A stretch of 64,000 nucleotides of DNA from the human T2T-CHM13v2.0 reference genome, Homo sapiens: NCBI RefSeq assembly GCF_009914755.1, contig NC_060937.1; one strand, 5' to 3'. A program made the translations under genes and the position numbers. Positions 55,577 through 64,000 of the stretch are shown here, piece by piece (position 1 is the stretch's first letter; every line of letters starts with the position of its first letter). Below the pieces are notes generated by a model that worked only from the letters and a program-made list of their open reading frames with translations, made no database searches and was not told the DNA's origin.

Positions 55577-56705
55577 CAAAGGGAAAAATCAAAACAAAAT
55601 AAAACAGAAAACCCTAATGAACTTTGTTATAGTTAAGAGTGTTACATTAAAAAAAATATGTCTGGCCTTTTCTTCTTATAGAGACTACTATTATATTATT
55701 CAGGATTAGAGTATGGTTAGGATCAGGAGTAACTAGCAAGGCAGCAAGTATATCTTATTTGTTTATTTATATATATATGGAGAAAGAATAGAAAGCTGTT
55801 TGTATTCGTGAAAAAATAAGACAAAAGGGAGGAAAAAGGAAATAGAAGAAAGGAAACGTGGAAAGAAGGAAGAAAAGAAAGAAGGAAGAAAGGAAAAAGG
55901 TGACAATGAGGAAGACACAAATAGAGACAGATAGGGAAGCAAAAAGTAGAATTTAATTTTACATTATTAGGACTTGCTGAGACATTATGGTGAATATCAA
56001 TATGATGTTTACAAATAACGCAACTAAAAAAGTTGTGCCATCATAAATAACTAACATGAATAGGTTTAGTCTTTTGGAAGCACTTTAATATGTTATAATA
56101 ATCACACAAATTTGTGGTGCTCAACTTTGATGACGAAGTAATTAATATGAATCACATGGTCTGTTTCTAGTCTAGTGATATTCAGCATACACTTGTATAT
56201 ATTGCTGAACATTTGGATGCTACCCTTTTGCCTACCACAACTATAATATTTATGTAATTGCATTATACTTCATAGAAGATTGTATACACATACTCTGATA
56301 GGCATAAATATTTTATTAAAATGAAAATATAAAAAACAACCATTATTTATAAAACAAAATTATAAACAAGACTGCAGGGAATGTGTAGAAATATTTATAT
56401 TTTCTAGGGTTATGGGATTTTTTCAAGTGCCTTATCTTTCAATATTTTTCAAATTATTAGGGTGTTTTATGTTAATTTATAATCCACAGTTTTCAGTGAA
56501 ATATACATATTAGCTAAAGCGATGATATTTAAGTTAACAGACACCAACCATCATTTTTCATATCTCGACATCATTCTGATAGTAGTTCTCATTCTCAAGC
56601 AAATGCACAATTTTAATTAGTTCACAGTCCCTGCTAAATCTTGGATGGTTTTCAGATACTAGTATTAGATTTCAGATACTGGCTCTTCTACACTGATTGT
56701 CCATG

Positions 56706-57375
56706 TGTAACCAAACTCAGGTCTGGTCACTCACCACTTGTAGAGTCCAATTAACAAGAGCAAGGTCTGGTAGAGAGAGAGTGACTTTATCAACCAAACC
56801 TAGTAATCAAGAAATGTCTAGATTCCCATTCAAAGCAATCACTTCTAATTTCCAGGGAGAAGGCAACGGTTTATAAAAGGGTCTTGGGCCTGGGCATGGT
56901 GGTTCTATAATCCTAGCACTTTGGGAGGCCAAGGCAGGAGGATTGCTTGAGCCCAGGAGTTTGAGACCAGCTTGGGCAACACAGGGAGATTTTGCCTCTT
57001 AAAAGGAGGTAGTGGGACTTGGTGTGAATGGCATGCAGGGAATGGGGTAAGGAAGTGTGGGGTCTTCATGATTCACTTCAGTCTCTTATCTATTAGGCAG
57101 TCTGGCTGGCACCTTCTGGGGCAGAGTTAGGTTGTAAACTACTCAAAGTAATCTTGTTGGAGAAAGTTCCAGAGACACCTGGTTTCTTTCAAGGTTTGGT
57201 CCCTGGAACTTCAAAGCACACACATAGTTATATAAGCTTGCAATTCACAGTGTCTGGTGAAGAGAGGTAAAGGTTATAACTGCATTTCTAAAGAGTTAAG
57301 TAGGAATGGAGAAAAGGAAAAAGATGAAAATAATTCTATTTTTTTTTCCTTAGGAAAATGGGGTACATGGTTACA
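56706..57375 (-). mobile_element. ERV1-class solo LTR (family uncertain) with nested FLAM
   Basis: 8-bp inverted termini TGTAACCA/TGGTTACA; flanking duplication TTGTCCATG; orientation inferred. Confidence 0.7.
56886..57005 (+). mobile_element. FLAM_C / AluJ left monomer
   Basis: GGCAGGAGGATTGCTTGAGCCCAGGAGTTTGAGACCAGC. Confidence 0.85.
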
Positions 57376-58326
57376 GTTGTCCATGCTTGAAAGAAAAGGA
57401 CTGGTTTCAAAACAGAATAGGAACATAAAATAGTAATTGTCTTTCAGTATGTTTCTTCTCAATGACTCAAGTATGTATTAGTCCAGATAAAACTCATCCC
57501 CAAACTCTTTGAGACTTAAGCATTAGTTTCTCCCTCAAAATGCATGTACAGTTTAGGAAATATGCCTGTGGTTGAGAGGGTCCTTTATTCCATGAAGTGA
57601 CCCAGGGGCTCAGATGGAAGAAGAATCTAATTCATTATAACAACAGCATCTCAATACGTGACTTCACAACACACTGTGTTAGGAGCCAATAAAACTGTAG
57701 AGTAGCATACAATCTCTAGCATTGTATTTTACTGGCAGTAATTGTCTTATGACCACACTCAAATGGAAAAGGACTAATTAATATACAATGGCAAATGAGT
57801 TATTGGGTGAGCAATAATTTTGCTTTATGTTTTTGTTGCCAAACACCTCTTTGTGTTTGTTTGTGTCCTTTTTTCTTTCTTACAACATATAATACACACT
57901 CAGTCATGCCTCAGGAAAACAACCTAAAAATTCATTCGTTCACTACATCCAGCTCAAATCATAGAATCTCTGGGTGCTATGAGTGATTTCAGTGACAAGT
58001 CTGGCTGTGGCTCTTATTAACCTGAAAAACTTTGCACTAAAGGACGAGTTATCTTCCCTCTACAAATTCCCGATATTACATAGTGAAATAAAGACTGGAT
58101 ATCTGCGCTGAAGTCTCGTGATCAGAAAGGGAGATATGAAAGATTATCAACAGTCCTTTGACTACAGCTTTTCTGCAATCCTAGATAGGCATTGTGAGCA
58201 GCACAGATCATAGTGTTGGTGGGTATTCATTGATTAGGCTCTGATTCTGATGTACAGGTCTTGTGCCACAGTGCATTGCATTCTATTGTCCTCGTCCTCC
58301 ACTCAGAGAGATTCTTCTTTCCCTTA

Positions 58327-58914
58327 CAGTCATTCCCTCTTATCCACAAGAGGTTAGTTCTAAGGCTTCCAAAGATGCCTAACATCACAAATAGTACTAA
58401 ATGCTATATATTCCATGAATGAATATGTTTTTCCTTCTTCATAATTTTACAGGTATAGGATTCATTCTTACCATGGATATTAGCAACTTCAGTATACAAT
58501 TTTTTTTGTCTTTTTTATTGTTAAGATCTTTCCATTTTTCACTTCAAGGAAGCACTTTATGACTTCTTTTTGGCATATCTGAATTGCCAGCATCACTACT
58601 CTTGTACTTTGAGACCCTTATTACATAAAATAAGGGTTACTTGACCACTAGTGTTGTTATACTAGAACATTCCATCTGATAACCAGATGGCTACTGAGAC
58701 AGTGTGAATACACTAGAGAAAGGAATGATTTACATTTCAGGTGAGATAAAGTGGGGTGGTGTGAGATTTTATCACACTGCTCTGAATGGGATACAAATTC
58801 AAACTTATGAATTGTTTATTTCTGGAATTTTTCATTTAATATTTTTGAACCACAGTTGCCTATGGGCAATTGAAATCACAAAAAAACAAAACTGGGGATA
58901 AAGGGAAACTACTG
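58327..58914 (+). mobile_element. MER44 (Tigger7-derived, TcMar) non-autonomous DNA transposon
   Basis: TIRs CAGTCATTCCCTCTTATCC / GGATAAAGGGAAACTACTG; TA TSD on both sides. Confidence 0.85.
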
Positions 58915-59057
58915 TATTCCTTTTTTTTTTAATTTGGCTTTGCTTGAAGGAATCTGCCTATTTTAGACTTGTTTACCTTTCTAAACTCATTTCAATTAAA
59001 GGATTTGTGGGGAAGGGGCAAAGTCTACAGTAGTAACAGCTATTTATTTCTTTACCA

Positions 59058-59107
59058 TTAGGTTGGTGCAAAAGTAATTGCAGTTTTGCCATTACTTTTA
59101 ATGGCAT
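59058..59107. mobile_element. MADE1 (Hsmar1-derived MITE), partial
   Basis: TTAGGTTGGTGCAAAAGTAATTGCAGTTTTGCCATTACTTTTAATGGCA; second TIR missing. Confidence 0.85.
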
Positions 59108-59128
59108 TATTACTATTATAATTAATAT

Positions 59129-59888
59129 TGTTACCAGGGGGTCCTTGCTCCCAGAGCTTCCAAGATGGAGGCAGGCCGCTTCCAAGATGGTGGCAAGCCT
59201 CCTGTTCTCTGACTTGGGGTTCTTGGCCTCACGGATTCCAAGGAATGGAATCTTGGCCCATGCAGTGAGTGTTATAGCTCTATTAGAAGCCATAGGTCAC
59301 AGAAGAGAACCGTGGAACCCAATGACTAGTGTTCAGCTCGATTAGGATGAACCCGGGCACTTAGCCGTGCAGGAACAATGGCAAGCCTTTAGCCCGATTG
59401 GGAGTGGCAGTGGGCGCCTTGCTGGATCAGGAGCACAGTGGACACCCTGCCGGATCTGGAGGGATGGAAGTCAGCGGCAGGTCTGTGACAGTAGCAAACA
59501 GCAGTGGTGGATGGCGAGTGAAAGCTCAGCTTGAGCCGTAACAAACATGGACCAGAAGAGAGTGCAGTTGCAAGATTTAATAGAGTGGAAACAGAGCTCC
59601 CATACAAAGGGAGGGGACCCAAAGAGGGTAGCTGTTGCTAGCTTGAATGCCTGGGTTTATATCCTGATCATTGTCTCTCCCACTGTGCTCTCAGGCAATA
59701 GATGATTGGCTATTTCTTTACCTCCTGTTTTTGCCTAATTAGCATTTTAGTGAGGTCTCTTTACTACCTGATTGGTCAGGTGTGAGATAACTTGCAAGCC
59801 CCGTGTTTAAAGGTGGATGTGGTCACCTTCCCAGCTAGGCTTAGGGATTCTTAGTTGGCCTAGGAAATCCAGCTAGTCCTGTCTCTCG
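59129..59888 (-). mobile_element. HERV-W solo LTR (LTR17)
   Basis: Minus strand reads GAGAGACAGGACTAGCTGGATTTCCTAGGCCAACTAAGAATCCCTAAGCCTAGCTGGGAAGGTGACC; CCAAT boxes, GATATAAA, ATTAAA; 4-bp TSD ATAT. Confidence 0.93.
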
Positions 59889-60037
59889 ATATTATTATTT
59901 CAGATTTGAATTTGTTTTAGCAGCTTAACTATTTCAAAAAAAAGTAAACATTTTTATTTATTTGATGCCAGCCTATTCTATATGCTAGTAAATATTTATA
60001 CACAGAGTTCTTATATAGTTTGTATGTATAAATATAG

Positions 60038-61842
60038 TGTAAACTGAAAAAGTTCCTGAGAGAGTTGTCAATCAGTTTGGAGGCTTATTTTGGTTGTGAA
60101 TGCACTAGGGATAAAGAGTTACAAGCCATTGTGAATAGTGCCACAATAAATATATGTGTGTGTGTCTTTATAGTAGCATGATTTATAATCCTTTGGGTAT
60201 ATCCCCAGTAATGGGATCGCTGGATCTTATGGTATTTCTAGTTCTAGATCCTTGAGGAATCACCACACTGTCTTCCACAGTGTTTTAACTAGTTTACAGT
60301 CCTACCAACAGTGTAAAAGCATTCCTACTTTTCCACATCCTCTCCAGCACCTGTTGTTCCTGACTTTTTAATGATCGCCATTCTAACTGGTGTGAGATGG
60401 TATCTCATTGTAGTTTTGATTTGCATTTCTCTGATGACCAGTGATGATGAGCATTTTTTCATATGTGTGTTGGCTGCATAAATGTCTTTTGAAAAGGGTC
60501 TGTTCATATCCTTTGCCCACTTTTTGATGAACCAACCCAAATGTCCATCAATGATAGACTGGATTAGGAAAATGTGGCACATATACACCATGGAATACTA
60601 TGCAGCCATAAAAAGGATGAGTTGATGTCCTTTGTAGAGACATGGATGCAGCTGGAAACCATCATTCTGAGCAAACTATCACAAGGACAGAAAACCAAAC
60701 ACCACATATTCTCACTCATAGGTGGGAACTGAACAATGAGAACACTTGGACACAGGGTGGGGAACATCACACCCCAGGGTCTGTCATGGGGTGGCGGGCA
60801 GGGGGAGTGATAGCATTAGGAGAAACACTTAATGTAAATGATGAGTTAATGGGTGCAGCACACCAACATGGCATATGGATACCTATGTAACAAACCTGCA
60901 CGTTGTGCACATGTACCCTAGAACTTGGAGTATAATAAAACATAAAAATAAAAAAAGAGCTTTAGTATCTTACAAAAAAAATGAAGACAATACTTTCAAA
61001 GGTCAGGGAGATGCTCTTGGTCTTTAAACTGTTCCCACTTAGTGACAGGTTATCCACACGTTCTTGGTGCATTCCCCATGCCTCTTTCCAATCCCATCAT
61101 ATAATGACCAACTTTATAGGGGCTCATGAAAATGGTGTTGGCCCCAGTGGTTGGCAATATATTGTTACGGTGCCCATGAGAGAAGCCCCCTACCCATCAC
61201 CACCCACTCAATGAGTCCTCAGTGGTCGCTAAAAAACTTAGCTCTTTACAACCAGCTGTTCAGGTTAATCAGGGAAAAAAAAAAAAAAAAAAAAAAAGAG
61301 TTACAAGCCAAGCATAATCTGTGGCCCACACTTTTTCCAGAAAGAGTTTTGAGCACTTCAATATTTAAAGGGGGAAGGCAGGCAGGAAGGGAAGGAGGAA
61401 AGAAAAAAAAGGTGGGAGGAGGTAGACAAATGAGACAGGTCATTACATTCCTTTGAGGTTTTGATTAGCACTCACTGAATCCACATGTTGCATGTGAAAA
61501 GGAGGGGGTAAAAGAACAATCAAGTACTTATTCATGTCATGCTTAGTAAATCTGCACTTTACATAAGATAAATACAGAGCAGAGGAAGATGACAAATATA
61601 TATTCCTCTACAGGTGGTGGAGGGAGGATTCCTAGTCTCCTCTTGCCTCATGAAGATAAGCTGTTAGTTTTACATTGTCAGGGTGAGGGAAGCTATCTGG
61701 GGAGATACGTAGCCTTCTATCTTGTAGCTGTGTATTTAGGAACAAAAGGAAAGGCAGTTTTCTGCAAGCCTCAGCCTCCAAGCTTAACTGTTCCTTTTGG
61801 CATAGTAAGTTTGGGGTCCCGATATTTTATTTTCCTTTCATA
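60038..61842 (-). mobile_element. MER4-family solo LTR split by an L1 insertion (60038-60128 and 61311-61842)
   Basis: AGTTTGGGGTCCCGATATTTTATTTTCCTTTCA is the reverse complement of the MER4 5' end; other end TGTAAACTGAAAA..TCAATCAGTTT. Confidence 0.75.
60129..61294 (+). mobile_element. L1PA6-like insertion with 5' inversion and 3' transduction
   Basis: Antisense ORF2 60129-60529, sense 60529-~60957 with A-rich tail, non-L1 segment to 61274, poly(A) 61275-61297; 16-bp TSD AAAGAGTTACAAGCCA (60113-60128, 61295-61310). Confidence 0.9.
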
Positions 61843-62496
61843 TCTATTTTTTTTCTATATGTAATTTCTTATCCCCCGATCTTTCACTCTGTCTTCAAAT
61901 TTGAAGTTGATAACACAAATTCTTTGGCTTCTGGGGAAAAGCTATAGCCTGAAATTCTCTAAATAAATTAATTTGGTTTTATGATTTAACTGTTCTCTAT
62001 GAGAGTAATCTGATCTTTGCCCTGAGGCATTTGAAGCTTCTGAGAATTTTTAGCAATAAATGGGAAAGGTACACTCTCATTTTTGTCTTGGACAAAATGC
62101 TGAGTTTTGATAGAGTGTTGCCTCTCAATTATAGCTTTTACTGTTTGAGCTTCATCGCATCAAGGCCCAAAGTTACAGAATGTGTTTACTTCATTTTATT
62201 TCTGCTGTTCAGCAATCCCTTTCTTCACTCATCTTTCTGGTAATGCTTGATAAAATTTAGTCAATAAAACCCCAAAACACAAACTTTGTTTTTTGATCTC
62301 TTTCCCTACAGCTACAAAATAATTGGACATGCAATCTGCCTCACAAGATATTTCACAGATATGTTGTTGCCAACCATTCCACTACTGCTCAAGAGTGACA
62401 TCTACAGCTTTTCCTGATTGTATCCTCCACTCCCTAAGGAGAAGCTGTGTCACACAATCACTTAATTGAGGTGGCATTCTACTGAAAGCAAGACCT

Positions 62497-62745
62497 GTAT
62501 TAGGCAGGCAATGCCAGATAATGCTTAGTATCAAAGAAACCAAAAGTATTAGTGGCTTAAAATAAACACATATTTTATTTGTTCTTCATGTCCAACTCAG
62601 GTCCTTGGTTGAGCTACACTCTACATTATTACTCGAAATCCAAAGCTATTAAAGATTCATGACCTAGAAGGCTTAGCTACAGTAGAAGCCAAAAGAGAAT
62701 TACAGAAGATTAGATGGTGGCTTTTTCATGTTTTGTTGGTTACTA
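62497..62745 (-). mobile_element. Old MLT1 LTR fragment
   Basis: TGTATTAG..AGTGGCTTAAAATAAACAC..TTTATTT motif. Confidence 0.45.
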
Positions 62746-62746
62746 C

Positions 62747-63300
62747 TGTTTAGATGATCAATAAAACAGTCTTAAACACCTCATCAAACCCACAGAACAT
62801 CAGAAAGGATTTTTTCCCATTCCCTCCCATCTAGGCCCCCCTCCGACCTCCCTTTCCTAAGAGCATTTACTTTAGGGAATTTGCGATTGTAAATTATTTG
62901 TCTGCCCTTTGAGATGTAAATCTTTTTCACAGCCACTTTTACAACCCAAAATGATTTTTTCCCAAGGATCTGGGAGCCATCCTTTTGAAATGTAAATATC
63001 AAGGAAAAGAGTGATCCTATCTCCTAATCTACGTGTGAGGTTAGATGCCTAATTTAGATGAACACCTCCCTCTACTGCATGTTGTAAATTTGCCTGCTGT
63101 CATGAAAATACAAGAAAGTTTACTTTTCCTTTGAGTAAAGTTAATTAGCAAACACAAATGGCCTAAAATCCTCCCACTTCCTTCTTAAAAACTCTCCTCT
63201 GAGCACTTATGCTCAGATTGAGTTCTGACTTCTCTCCTGTACTGTAAATAAAGCCTTCCTGGCATGTTTAACTTTGTCTGGTGCAAATGTTGTGTTGACA
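62747..63300 (+). mobile_element. ERV1 solo LTR (MER31/MER67-like)
   Basis: GAGATGTAAATC, GGATCTGGGAGCCATCCTTTTGAAATGTAAA, AATAAA at ~63247, TGACA end. Confidence 0.65.
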
Positions 63301-64000
63301 ATGGAAACAAGTAATTATAAGAATAGAAAAATAATAAGAGAACAAAAGGAGTATTTAGTGAACAGTGCTGTCTCTTTTATAATGTACCAGAGGCAACAAG
63401 TCTGTACTCACCATATATTATACATATATAACACTGTCTACACCTGAAATTCCAGAAATTAGTAGCAAATATATATCTCTTGTAAGGTAGGTTTATGGCA
63501 AATTTTCTTAATTCATGGGGGCTAAACCCAGGATGAAAAGAACAGTGATTAAAAAAAGAAAAAGCCCCAAATCTAGAATCTACTCATTTCATAGACACTA
63601 ACATTTTAGAAGGGCCTTTGGAATTAAGTAATTTATTTTTTCAAAATGTTGTGTTTCTTTCTCATCTGTACCACCCACATCACTACATTAGTTTCTTCTG
63701 CACATATCTAAAGTAACTTCAATATCTCTGTAAGAAGTTTCCTAAAGCTTTGGTTACTCGGATTCCTGGCTGTGCCACTCAACTGTCTCATGTGCACTGC
63801 ATTGAAGGAAATCACAAGCATACAACCAAATAGGGCCCAAAGCCAAGTCAAACAGGCTTAAACAAGAAAGATTATTATTTGGCTAATATAAACTGAATTC
63901 TAGAAGTATATTAGCTTCAACGTATATTTGGGTCAGCAACTCGGTGTCAACTTTTTGTTTTGCATTTTCTAGCATTAGTATCATTCTAAGGTTTGTTCTC

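Noticed and set aside
58973-59622. ORFs of 66-106 aa over the HERV-W sequence
   Set aside because: They lie largely in LTR R/U5 and flank; no gag, pol or env sequence is present.

Overview
AT-rich, CpG-depleted primate (human-like) genomic DNA with no recognisable host protein-coding gene or RNA gene. It is intergenic or deep-intronic and dominated by transposable-element relics: Alu/FLAM SINEs, several L1 LINEs (one near-full-length old L1PA17/L1PB-type copy and three 5'-inverted copies), solo LTRs (HERV-W LTR17, THE1, MLT1/MST, LTR19-like, MER4-group), a degenerate ERV-L-class provirus remnant (LTR, PBS, pro, pol), DNA-transposon relics (MER44/Tigger7, MADE1, MER58) and microsatellites. The listed ORFs are L1/ERV remnants, repeat artefacts or short chance frames. 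I found no convincing new biological system. The most notable structures are an L1 with both a 5' inversion and a ~320 bp 3' transduction bounded by a 16-bp TSD, a solo LTR with an apparent 10-bp target duplication, and the ERV-L remnant with a tRNA-Ser-like primer-binding site. Subfamily names come from recalled consensus sequences, not a database search, and are tentative.
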